From the NCBI GenBank assembly GCA_963924565.1, contig OZ004612.1, forward strand, positions 9,362,001-9,426,000: DNA of 64,000 nucleotides, in the 5' to 3' direction. The position numbers and the translations under genes were made by a program. The notes beneath the pieces are model-generated. The model was not told the origin of the DNA. It worked only from the letters and a program-made list of their open reading frames with translations, and ran no database searches. Positions 1 through 12,281 of this stretch are shown in pieces. Numbering within the stretch: position 1 is the first letter of the stretch; each line of letters opens with the position of its first letter. This DNA comes from Ascidiella aspersa. Its lineage: Eukaryota.

Positions 1-1132
1 TATGCAGTCAAATACCGCCCGGGGTTCGCGTCGAGTTTTTGAATTTCATCTCTATTTTTTGTGATTCCGTGATCCAAACTGTTTTATTTGTGCCTAGTAA
101 CATTAATCACTGGGATCATTCTCTCCATTAACGGTGCACCTGCCTTACACATTTCGGGTCGTGTGTGATTATTTAGTCGTGAACCATCTGGTACACTATT
201 TACACGTTTTTTCACTACTGCGATCAGGGAGCGGCTGACTTTGATGACCTAACGGTCTTTCGCTGCTCGTAGCTTATATTGCCTTATAGCTTATATTACC
301 CAAAGTCTTCCACCGGGTTTTGGGTTTGGCTTTTTGACCGAAAGCTTTGTCTGATTTAAGTCCGTATTGACCTCCTTCACGTGCTTCTCCTTTAAAGTGC
401 AACGTAGGGAATCTACAACCTGTACCCCCAACGAACCCTAACCCCGCCATATAGTGAACGAAAGGCCCCGTAACGACAAACGTAGCGTTTTGCGGAAAAA
501 TAGAGAATTTCTAACGCAATTCTAGCTATATCGCCCGTTGCTTTGTGTTCTCCTATTAGAGGTTTTCACAGTGTTGCCTGTTGCTGATGATATCATGAGG
601 GCTGTTCAGAACTCTAAATAGCCATTCAATGTAGTGTCGGGCACTGCAGACAAAACACTCTTGTGTAAAAACCTAGCCTCCCTTATGTATACTATGGGTT
701 ATCGTATTTATTCTACGCTGACATAAACTTCAGCAATCTGGCTAAACAGGCAAGTCTTTAGAATCGCCTGGACAAGAGTAGACTTTAATAACCTTTTTTG
801 CAATAGGAGATATCTTTGAAGACCGACTACGAAAAGTGCCTTTAGTCATTTTTCAAATTAGTAGTAATAAAGAAAGTGTTTAGGTTTATATTTGAGTTGA
901 ATATAAAATTATCTGCTCGTCTTATACGTTAAACTGGTGGTATTGAAAAACGCACATTGCCGCCTTATGGGTTGAAAGTAACATATAGGCATGCAAAAAA
1001 GCTAAGGTGTAAGCAACACATCATTCCCAGTCTTCAATTTCCCGTTGTGCATTAAGACCCTGCCTACAAGAACAAATTAGATCTCGAATCTTACATAGCC
1101 CACTGAAAATGGTCGCATAATATGGCTAATAA

Positions 1133-1333
<201 letters not shown>

Positions 1334-1366
1334 TGATTGGTGATTTTTTTCGTGAAAACTCTGTAT

Positions 1367-1505
1367 TAATTCCGCTTACTTTCTTGTGTGAATTATACGC
1401 TTTATTGGTTTAGCTCAGCAGCATCTATCGTGTGGAAACTTCGCCTTTTACATACTCCACTCCTGGCCTTTAACACATGCTTGTGCACTTAACCGAGGCT
1501 ATAGT
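1367..1505 (+). repeat. Diverged intronic repeat (copy 1; partner 3298-3445)
   Basis: Shared colinear blocks taattcc(g/a)cttact, gctcagcagcatct, gcctt(t)taca and aaccgag(g/t)cta. Confidence 0.65.
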
Positions 1506-2293
1506 CAGGATCGTTAATTTGTTTTAGTTGAAAACTCGGTACATACTCGAGAGATGAAAATTAAGATCGCCAATGATTTTTCGTAAAAAAATACTAGCTG
1601 GTTTGGGTATACTGCTTCAAAGAATAAAACCATACACAGGTCCGGTTATTGCCATTGCGTTTTTCATTTTTTTCGAATGTCTATTACCAAATTGGTGGGA
1701 ATCGTCCTGAGATTGTTGAGAATCCGCCTAAGTCTATTGCAAAGCAAGTCTGTACGTCAGTCGTCCATGCGTCAATCCAACAGAATTTATTCAAAAGCCC
1801 ATTTCGTCTTTTGCAAAGGAACAATTTTACAAAAGTATAAATTAACAGAATGACAATATGGTATCACAAGACTTCATTAAGTCCTAACACCCCACGTCTT
1901 ATTGTAGACATTCCCACAACAACAATAATGTCATATTGATAGATACGACTACTCTTTTAAAGGCAATTTTGCATACTGACCCTAAACAAAACGTTCTTTC
2001 TGATACACAAGATGCCTACGGAGAGGGGAGAGACCGCAGCAGGCTATAGTTGTTTTTCTAGCCTGGTCTTGCTTGCACTACAATCCTGTTCAGGCTGACT
2101 GATTTCGATAAGCCTCTCCGTAGGCATTTTGTGTACTATATATGGGCGCCGTTATCGTTGGCCAGTACGACACCACCAAAAGAGCTTAATCCCAGAATAC
2201 CCATTGTGTATAAATAATTATTCATGTTTCAGTTCTTCTGGGATATACTTTTTATTAAACATCCTTAAAGTAGCGCCTTCTTATTTACTCCAG

Positions 2294-2417
2294 TGCTATC
2301 ACCGCGACGTGATCAACGACGGTTTCCCGGTGGAGAACGCGGCTGACGCGGTGTTCCTTGACATCCCGCGACCCGACCAGGCGATCCCCCACGCAATGAA
2401 GGCGCTCAAGAAATCAG
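2294..2417 (+). CDS. TRMT61A: TRMT61A internal exon (catalytic Asp motif)
   Basis: Acceptor ctccag|2294, donor 2417|gtagac. Phase 0 in and phase 1 out fit both neighbours. CYHRDVINDGFPVENAADAVFLDIPRPDQAIPHAMKALKKS matches TRM61 'DAVFLD(I/L)PxPW'. Confidence 0.93.
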
Positions 2418-3297
2418 GTAGACCTTGGTTGGCCTTGGAACACAGGTGCCGAATTTTTTTGGTCAATAGACTAATTTCCTATTAGCATAGTTGTTCGCGG
2501 ACTCAAGTAATAGGAATAGTAAACAAGTTGTTATGACCCTATAACAGCAGGTTAAAAAGCAAAAGCGACATGGACACACAAAATTGCAATTTTATTTTAG
2601 TTTTAAATGCATTATTGCCTACTTTGAAATATAAATGTTTGTGGTTTCTACAGAAGTTAATTGAACAAAAAATGAAAGTTTAATAACTCACCCAGAATCT
2701 TTCACGGTCTCAAATGTGCTGGCGGACTTGTGGTTAAGGAACACTGTATCAGAATTCACTTTGCAATTTTAATCGGTAAAACAGAAATGGCTGGATATTT
2801 TGTCGTGGCTAAGAAAAATTGACCAACATAAAGCGAGCAGTGTTTTCTTTAAAGTACGCAACTGCAAAGCAGCCACCGAAAACTTTACGCAGTAAAATTT
2901 GTTTCTCGCTAACTTGAATATAATCAGTTATCTAATAAAATTCAGCAATAAACCTAGACTAAACGTATGATGCACATTAGGAAAACACAAAAAAAAGTTA
3001 AGTGAATTGAATATGTTGTTTGTTTGTATTTTGTTCGACTGTAAATTTTACAAATCGAAAATGTTTTTAAAGTCATTTTACGAATTTAAAAAGTTTTTAA
3101 CTCATTTAGGACTTTACCATCGGTTTCTAAAATCAAAGATTTAAGCTCATCAAAACAGACATTTGCTCGGCGTGAAAATTATGATAGGGGAACATTGGTT
3201 AACGAGAGGTAATTTTTGTAATAATATATAATATGATTTTGGCTATCAACAAAATAACTCTTGACTATCAACCACTAGAAAAAAAAGTTTTTTGTGA

Positions 3298-3445
3298 TAA
3301 TTCCACTTACTTCCTTGATTGAATTAAACTCCCTAACGTTATTGCTCAGCAGCATCTGTAAAGTGGTAAATTTGCCTTTTACACAACCGAAACGCCGTGG
3401 TATTAAGCTTATGTCTGTGGAGTTTGCTTTCAACCGAGTCTAGAC
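3298..3445 (+). repeat. Diverged intronic repeat (copy 2; partner 1367-1505)
   Basis: Same colinear blocks as 1367-1505, in the next TRMT61A intron. Confidence 0.65.
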
Positions 3446-5140
3446 AGTCGCTTTAAACTTAACGAAGGGTTTCGAAGGAGGAACCGAAACATTTTTTAAA
3501 TCCAAACTGTCGTTTAGATGCAAATGTTGCGGTCGTTGTTCCAGTCTCGTCACACAACTTGGCCGGTGATTTTTTTGAAAACATACCGTTTCCCAAAGAT
3601 TTAAATTTCCGCTATGGGTGTTCCTGTTTTGGAGAAAGGCTCACATTAACACGCTGTTCGTTTCAGAGCACTGGTGTTTCTGGCGAATTTATGACACAAA
3701 GCGCTATTATAATATTCAGTACATGAGTGGGCAGTTATGACTTGTTTCATTCCGCGTAATTTGGCGACAGTCGTCATTTATTCTCATAATGTTACCTTTT
3801 TAACTTCAAGAATGACGCACCCATTGCTTGAAGCACCTGATGGACGCCAAGGCCCCAAACTCAAGTATGTCGAAAATAACGCGATTCGTGTTAGATGGAT
3901 CCGGTTCCATTATGTCACAAACATGCGAAAAATTTGGCACGCGTCCCCAAACGACCTGCCTTGGCTTAAGCCCGTTGACAGCTCAGCAGTAGGCAAATGA
4001 AGTCAACTGACTTGACGTCCACCACTTGGCGTAGAAACCTATGGGTTGAAGTGGTGCCAACGTTAATTTAGATTTCGATTCGCTAATGCGTTTCTGCGGC
4101 GAACTTTATACACTGTTTGGCGCCCGGGTCTAGACATTGACGTTTTTTCACTCGTAATCGACAATTTTCAGCAGTTAGTGAGGCGGATAGCCATTTCCGC
4201 CTCAATTACAGTTTCCAAGCTTTTACCAATGCGCGCTAATCGCACGTTAATCGACTCGCCAACTCGCTTGCGCTATGCTCTGTTTCCGGCGGGCTCTCTT
4301 CTATGAAGCGAGAAATCTTCTTAAGGTTTGAAGCTTCCCGGAAAAACGTCGCCAGATTTTTAGCTTGGTCAACAGTGTGCCCGTCTGCGGTTCGTTTCCG
4401 ATTTTTGATTTGAAATCGACTTTTTTTGGTTTAAATTGTAAAAAAATATTAAATGGGACAAATCGCATAGTTAATAGCAAGCGCCAAGTAAAATTTACTT
4501 TTTATTTTATACATATCTTTCCGGCTACTTAAGTTCATGTCAACTGACTTACCACGGCTGATTTGCCTATATTAACATGTACAAGTGTACACCCATTACC
4601 AAGTAGTAATACCAGAGTAAAATGCTGGCAATTTGATCATAGTATTAGTAACGGTATTCACAAACCAGCCATACGCTGAAAAATATGCTATTTATTTTAT
4701 TTTCTAACCCATATAGTACCCTGGTATCCCTTGGTCTAATTTCCAGCAACACTATAAACGCCTTTATAACTCTCTAGTCTAGATCAGCGCGCCGCGATGG
4801 AACGTTGCTAGCTGCGTCCCAGACATTTGTATATCAAAAAAATAAAAAAATATAAACGTTTTTTGTACGTTATCTTTCTGCCAAGCTTATTGAGCACAAC
4901 ATACTTTAAATATAATATAACTAACTAACTGTGCTGCCAATTTAATAAAAAGTTGCAAGCAATTTGAAGAAAACAGGTAAAGCCAAAAAATTTGCCCCTG
5001 ACGTAAATAGGGGATTAAGCACTGCTCGAAAAAAGTGACAAGATTGACTGCAAATGAAAACAAACAATCTCCAGCTGTCTTTATACAGTAGTTTGAACAC
5101 TATACCTTCCTAACTCGTTTTTCTTCCTCTTCATTTTCAG

Positions 5141-5805
5141 GAGGAAGACTTTGCTCCTTTTCTCCCTGCATCGAGCAGACCCAGCGCGTCTGCGAGGTCC
5201 TCCACAAGCCAGGGAGCTTCTTCCGCGAGATCGAAACCGTCGAGGTCGTCCGCAAGTCGCACAACGTGAAGAGGGTCAACCTCCCGGTGGCCGACACCGG
5301 ACTCTCGGATCCGGATGTTAGAGAAGCACTCCTATCTTCCTCCGAAGGGAGCAGGAGCATCCTCCCGTGCGCTTACGAGGCTGGAGATGATCTTCCCCTA
5401 GGAGAGCTGATAGTGAGGACCAATCAGGAGCCAGCGTCTGGAGGACCGGGACGCGGCAAGAAGACAAAGAGGCCAAGGATGGAGGAAGAGGCGCAAGGTA
5501 GCGCTGCAGGAACAAAAGTGGACGCGGAGGCAGATGAGAATAATGATAACAACAGCAACAATGCCGAAAAGGCAGAAAACGAAACAAGAGAGTCCAAAAA
5601 CGGGGTAAAAGATGGATCAGCAAAAGAAGATGTTCCGCGGGGAAAAGGTTATACGCCTCCTGCCGCCACTAAGTTCGCCTTCTCTTGTCGGACCTGCGTC
5701 ACGCCCAAGGAAATGTACGGACACACCGGCTACCTCACGTTCGCAACCTACTGCCCGGAGGTCTGGGTGGACGTCAACATGGACCTCAATGACCTCTCCA
5801 CTTAG
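5141..5805 (+). CDS. TRMT61A: TRMT61A last coding exon
   Basis: Acceptor tcattttcag|5141. Encodes GGRLCSFSPCIEQTQRVC...EIETVEV...GHTGYLTFAT, the canonical TRM61 SFSPCIEQ and HTGYLTFA motifs. Stop TAG at 5803-5805. Confidence 0.95.
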
Positions 5806-5931
5806 TTGTTCCGTTACCCTTTGTGGTTGTTCGACTCATTCAGTGGCGTTTTTGGCTGAACTTGGAAATCACTGCCAACTTTGTTTTTTCACTATCTTTT
5901 CCTTCCTATAGGGTTTATGGCGAAACGACAA

Positions 5932-5937
5932 AATAAA
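5932..5937 (+). terminator. Probable polyadenylation signal of TRMT61A
   Basis: First AATAAA, ~127 nt after the stop codon. Confidence 0.55.
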
Positions 5938-6026
5938 GATGAAACATTACTTCAAACTATAGCTAAATGGATTTGCGGCAGATCATAGTTGAATTTGGGA
6001 TATCCGATAATATCGAATCGATGGTA

Positions 6027-6084
6027 GTATCGGTACTGGTCGGATACTAGTTTGGTAACGGTGCAGATCCGATACGAAATTAAT
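6027..6084 (-). repeat. Dispersed CCGATAC-rich repeat (copy 1)
   Basis: Its reverse complement aligns closely with 56199-56256. Similar CCGATA-rich patches occur near 48830-48895 and 60950-61030. Confidence 0.7.
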
Positions 6085-8022
6085 ATAGAAATTTCAGCCA
6101 TGATTTTCAATGCGGCTATTTTTATCCTAAATAGTAAATTTTTCAACACTTTTTAGGTTAACAACTTACAGTCACTAAACATGTAAAAAACTAAGCTAAT
6201 TTGGCATAATTGTCTGAAAAAAATACATTTCAAATTTTCAGTTTCGTCTATTTTGCTTCTTTAACCGTAGTAATGGCGTTATTTGTTATCAGACGGGGTC
6301 TCCATATTTTCTGTCCAAAATATTGGGTATTGGTACTATGGTTTGATGACTCGTCTATGAAATGATTTCTGCAAAAGGCTAGTCAGTCACTTTTTTGTTT
6401 TCTTCGGAAACTAACGATAAAAATAACGCCAATCATTGAATCACTTATTAAACTCCCAAGCAAATAATGATTGACATTCATTGTGTCAAGATTTTGCGTT
6501 GAATGCCACGTCATTTATTAAATTTTAGCGTTGACATTGCCACAGCCCGTTTATAAAAAAATAAGACAAAATATTGTGTTGTGACTACAGCAGTTGCTTA
6601 ATGATTTCCTGGAATACTGCTTGTTGCGGCAATATTCAATAACGAAGTACCAGGCGTTGGACTCCTCGGGAAAAAATGCAAGAACGAAAATTCCAAAGGA
6701 CGTTGAGCGATTCGAGCGGCCGTACAGTCAATTAGCTGCTGACATACGACAAACAAAAGCCTCCTTTGTTTGTCAACAACAGCCGGGCTTTCATGCAGCA
6801 TTGTGGAAGGAATTTCGCGTGACGTTGTAAAACTGCAGCCTTAGCGCAATTCAATAGTCGGACCTGCGCCTCTGGAAAGTACCTATAGGCGCTGCTTTGG
6901 TCCCATTCGCCGATGACAAAGTGCCAGCTGAGTGCCCGACATGGCGTTAACAGGTTTTGCTCGGCCGAGGCGCATTTTTATAACAAACCCGAGGGAGTGC
7001 CGGCCTGTGTAAACATGAGGGCGACGAGACGCGATGTTTTCCTGCGGCAAAGCCCGACCTTTGGAAGGAGTTCAAGTCCGTTCTTGTCCGTGCCGAATGC
7101 TTCACGTCGTAACTCAACATTAGGCGCGTTAACCGCCACTAAGTTACTGCTTAATCGGTGGAAATTTTTCCGCTATTAAGCCTTCGTTATCTTAAATGTT
7201 AAAATGAACCAAAAAGATAGGTCATTTCGCCTGTTTTACTCACATCGCGGAATTTCCCGGGCTGAGTAAATGTGCTTGTCGGCTTTTTTAACAGTTTCGT
7301 TTAAACATCTTACTTTCGGTTATGTTAGTATCACAGTTCCCTTTCCAATGTTTAATTACAGAACCATGGAGTTTGGGGAACACAAACTTATAAACACGTT
7401 TTCGCGATTTTCAGCAGAATGAATCAGTGGTCTGTGGTGTGGAGATGCTTATAGTTACGTTTACTGTTAAATCGACGACAGAAAAAAACAAAAAACATTT
7501 TTTCTCTTTATTTGCGACCATTGCAATAATTTGGTTATTAAAAAACATGTTTTGATCAAATTGCCATGTTTTGATCAATTGCCATGACGGTGTTCAGCAA
7601 TTATATAACATAACAAACAACACGTTTTTTTCAGGCTTTTACTATACGCTGTTGCCAAACTACGGCATTGCCGATATTAATGTTATTGACGCTGACGCAA
7701 TTGCGATCGCTCACCCGACATTTGACCCGGTTGTGATGCACGTTGTCGTCTGCTGCAAAACGAAAGCCGAAGCCGAACTAATGACGACCAGTTCCGAGTT
7801 TAATTGAAGCACTTCCCGTATCATACAAGCACAAACTGTTGACACACGAACCAAAATAGACCGATTATTTCGTTAGGTAACGTTTCAAAACGGGGCGCGA
7901 TTGTCAAATGCGATTTTATGGCGTGAATAGACCGGTGAGTTTATAAATAGACGACCAGGTGCTCAAACCAAACATGTATATGCAGTAATGTTGCTGTTTG
8001 GTTGTTTGCCGGGACCATTGCC

Positions 8023-8445
8023 CAGTGTTGTAATGACCGATGTTAATAACTTGACTTTAATCACTGTTTTTAAATGACTTGACTTGACTTAGGTCGTTTG
8101 GACAAATTACTTGGGTTAAAATAAATTGTTTTCATTAACACTTATTTATAGAATTGGGTCATTTGTCCTAATCTTTGCATAAAAACAACTTGCTTGCTAT
8201 ATGTTGCGTTTATGTTATTTTTTACTGGGGTTATTGCTCATAATCGGAGTAGTTTGCCAGTTTTTGTTATAAGGAATTGACTTGAAGTTGACTTCGTCTA
8301 ACTATGACTTGACTTGGGCAACCGATGACTTGGACAAGGACTTGACTTGTTATTTATTCAAAAATACTTGACTTGAACTTTAGGTATTTTACGAATGACT
8401 TCACTGGCATTTTAGTCATTTCAAAATGACTTTTTTACAACACCG
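8023..8445. mobile_element. hAT-type MITE with internal GACTT repeats
   Basis: TIRs CAGTGTTGTAA / TTACAACACCG; 8-bp TSD CCATTGCC / CCATTGCG; many internal (GACTT)n motifs. Confidence 0.8.
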
Positions 8446-11400
8446 CCATTGCGTCGCACGCAAATCGTCTTCCGCATAGGCTAATGCCACTGACCAAAAG
8501 TCGCATCCCAACTGCGCATTAGCAAAGTGAATTATACGCTATGCCTTACATGCAACCCAGGATGTTTTTATCTTGGCAGATTGACTTGACAAAGCTGCAT
8601 GGGTCGAATGACTTCATACGAAACCCACGGAATCTGAGAACACTTCCGCCTGCAAACGTATGGAGCGGAGACTCATTGCGCCATAGCTAGGTTAGCCTAC
8701 TGGCTGCAAATTGCAAAGTCACGGTGCGGTCATTAGCGTTTCCCGAAAACCGTCCGCAATTAATCTTGGACTTGGCCCGGTGGCAGACTGGTTTTCGCAG
8801 AAGCGCGTATTTTCGAACCGGAGCATAGTGACGTCGTTTTAGGCCCAAAATACGACGTTTTATTCCTCGGCGTGTCTTGCATTTTTAAAAGCCGCTTTAC
8901 ACCACGGCGCCTGTCTAGTGTCTACTCTTTGACGCATCTTTTTATGGCGACAGCGTAAAATTATAATCGCCCGATCTAAACCTGGACCAATGTGCGTCGG
9001 TGATATTTTCGGCGTCGTTTGCCCTTGGCTTCCTAAACAGGGTGTTTTTCGCACGAAGGGAAGGCATTTTTGTGTAGGTTTGGCTGCTCGGTGGTTCTTT
9101 GCTTCTTGTTTCAAAGTGCGCGACCTGGCAAGGCTCTTTCAGCCCAAGGAAAGGATTTCCCCTTGTTAACAGTGCGAGCATTTGATTTTAGCCAAAATTT
9201 CCAACGCTTCTTAGGAATAGTTAAGCGCGGGTTTTAAGATATGCCGATAACACCGGTACTTCGCAAGGGCGGGTTTGGAGTGGGGCACGAGGTCATTGTC
9301 ACACAAACTAGATTTTTGCTAATTTTAACAACCTAAATGTAAAGACTCGTTTTTTTTCAATTTAGTACTTTGTTTTGCCCATTTTAAGGGAACTTTTCGG
9401 GACAAAGGCGCCGTGTATTTTTGTCCCCTTTTGGATGTCAATAGCCTAGCGCTGTGTGGACTATCTGAAACCATTTTTTGCATGAATATTATCTATAGTT
9501 AAGGCTGGTCCAATATTGGCAATATCATAGGTCCACCACATTTTTATACTGTCCGCTTGGCAAACACAGAAGGTGCTACGTATTCTCAACAGAACAAAGT
9601 AAATACATAAGTTATTCAAAGAAAATTCTGATTATAAGGCAAAAGCAATGTAGACTTTTTTGTGCTTCGTGCGAAATTTTTATGTAAAATGTGGTGCTGT
9701 TTTTCGATGTCCCCAAAGTTTTTTCATGTATGCGAAATTGTAAGCTAATGTCATATAAAACTTGTGTCCTTTGTGAGGATGACATGAATTTCGTAACCCT
9801 GATATAAAACCGTAACAAAACTTAAAGAGCCGGAGTGACTGATTCAGCAACTTTCTAACGTTTTTAAACCCTTTTACCGAGCTACTTTCCTACAAAGCGT
9901 GTGCATTTTGACGCGCGGCAAAGAATGGCGACTTGGCCGTTCTAAAATTAAACCAACACAGATCTAACGCAGGTTCCTTTTCAGCCCAAAGTTTCGCTTC
10001 TCTTGTAGTCGTCGCAATTCGCACGGGCTGGTCTTTCCTTGTCACCGACAACAATGGCGAGTATCGATCACAGCCGCAGCGCACAACTTCGCCAAGTCAT
10101 CGTGGTCAGGTTTCTGCTTCCCCACGGCAGTCAGCACTGCACTTCGCACCCACGGCGCTTTAGTGGAGCCGTGTTTGCGCACAAAACAGCCCCGAGTCGG
10201 TTGGGCGGCGATTGTCATGGCACCCGGGTCCCGCGCAAACGCGACCGCCCCCCGTTTGACCTTGCCCGCTGCCCTTGAGCAAATAGTAGACGCGACTGTT
10301 TATTTGGACTGGGCTCGGATTTCGTTCTGTTCCCAGTGCCAACTCGCGACTTTTTGACGTGCAGCGAACCGCAATCGGGAATACAATTGCTGATCCTTGA
10401 TGAATAACTGAGGGATTTGGTTTTGTGAAGGTAAAAAGAGTGTTGACGTTAAACCCGGCATGATTTGCTGAGAAGTTGATTTTACCTTAAGCTGGATTCT
10501 AAACGGATATTAAAAAATTAAATTGCTTCTTGCTTCTTCTGGTTCAGCAGTTCTGAATCCCGCAAGAATCATCGAACTGAATATTTATATTTTAACCGCT
10601 GCTTTAATAAATTTTACACGGGCGCCTATCGCCATTTCAAGATTAGTTTTCCAATTATGCCGCGGCGTGTTATGCACGAAACAAATTCATCATTTTATGA
10701 TGACAAATATTTAACCCGACTGTCACCGTTCGCGCACCATTTTTGGTCAACATAACACACCGCGCGCTGTATGCGACGATTTAAGCCGATAAGGCGCCGA
10801 TTAACCTAAACACTATAAGCGTCGTTGGTGTTTGCTTCAGAAAGCCATCGGATCTGCGATGATTTGAACTTTAAAGCGGTTTACAATTTCAAGGTAATAA
10901 TATCTGCAACTCGGTGAAAACGGGAAATGGGAAAATCCACGTTAATCGCTCGCGGGCTTACTCTTGCCTTCACCTGTGTGGAGGCGCAGGAGGGACGTTG
11001 TATGCAAATGAAGCGCATTTCCGTCGAGCGATACGAGTTTTGTGTGGCTGTTATTACAAAGACGAGTGACGTCCAGATTGGCATTTTATGAAGTACATCC
11101 TTCTTTTTCAACGCCCGTTCGGAGTTCTCTTTAGTGTTGACGGGTAGAGATTTATTTGAATAAAAGTCCACTAAAATGATGCTTTCTTGCTAAATGGGCT
11201 GTAGCATAGAACAACAATGTATTTTAAATTGAAGAATATGGCCGCTGAATTTGCCCTTCAGTGGGACTGGAACTTCCAAATTAAGATAGCAACTCCTTTC
11301 CTTAGAACAAAAATGTACAAAAAATGGCCCGAAAGCTTCAATGGATTTTTACCTTTTAGGTTGTGTAGGAATGTTTGGTGGTTGTTTGTTTTATTAAGAC

Positions 11401-12281
11401 ACTTTTCGTTTTGTTAGACTCAAACTTTCCTGGTATTTAACTATGGATATTTAATTTATAAAAAATCGAATTCAATTCTTTGAATTCGATTGTGATATTT
11501 TTCCTTATTTACAAATGGACAAAGGGTAACAACCTTTAAACAATACGTTGTCGTGGTGTGATTTAAGTCTTAAGATACTCTTTTTTACTTTTTCCGTCAG
11601 TTGGTTGTACACTATATGCAGCGATGTCCATCAGTTATAACCTTGTGTCTCTTGCCAATTTTTTCAAGTTTTTATGACTCGGGATCCAGGGGCCAGCCTA
11701 ATGACATTCCCAAACTGACACAATATGCGCATATATAACCTACATTTTTGGGCGCTGCACGATCGCTCTGTTTTGCATACAGGCGCAAACTGCCAAATAT
11801 CACCAGCGTAATTCCTGACCCCTGCATTACCCCCGAAGCGTGTCCTGGACGCGGTCCCAGAGTCCCCCAGATGCTCTACAGAACCAAAAAGAAACACTTC
11901 CAAATCATCTCCTTCTCGTCAATCAAAATCCTGGCCTGCCACGAAACGTATTTCTCAGTAGCGCTTTGAATTCTTAAAATTGTATTGACCCGCCACGATT
12001 GGCCAGGAATTGAAGCTGTGAATTCCTGTTTTTTATGTTTTTTTCTAAGGGGGCCTGAAAACGGGCAATTAGGCTAACAAAACCTGTTATTTTAATATTT
12101 AACATATAATATCGCTGTTTAATTTCTATACAACTTAACTTACTTAACAACAATTGTTATACTTAATTTGTTAAATGGTGATCTCTAAATAATTTCATTC
12201 GAAAATCGTTTTACTTAAGTTAAATAAAGTGATCTAAACTGACTAATCCTTTTTTTCGCAGAAATTCTTTTTTATGAAGCG

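Noticed and set aside
1-800. GC-balanced intronic stretch with short hairpins, considered as ncRNA or SINE
   Set aside because: I could identify no tRNA A/B boxes, snoRNA boxes or ribozyme core.
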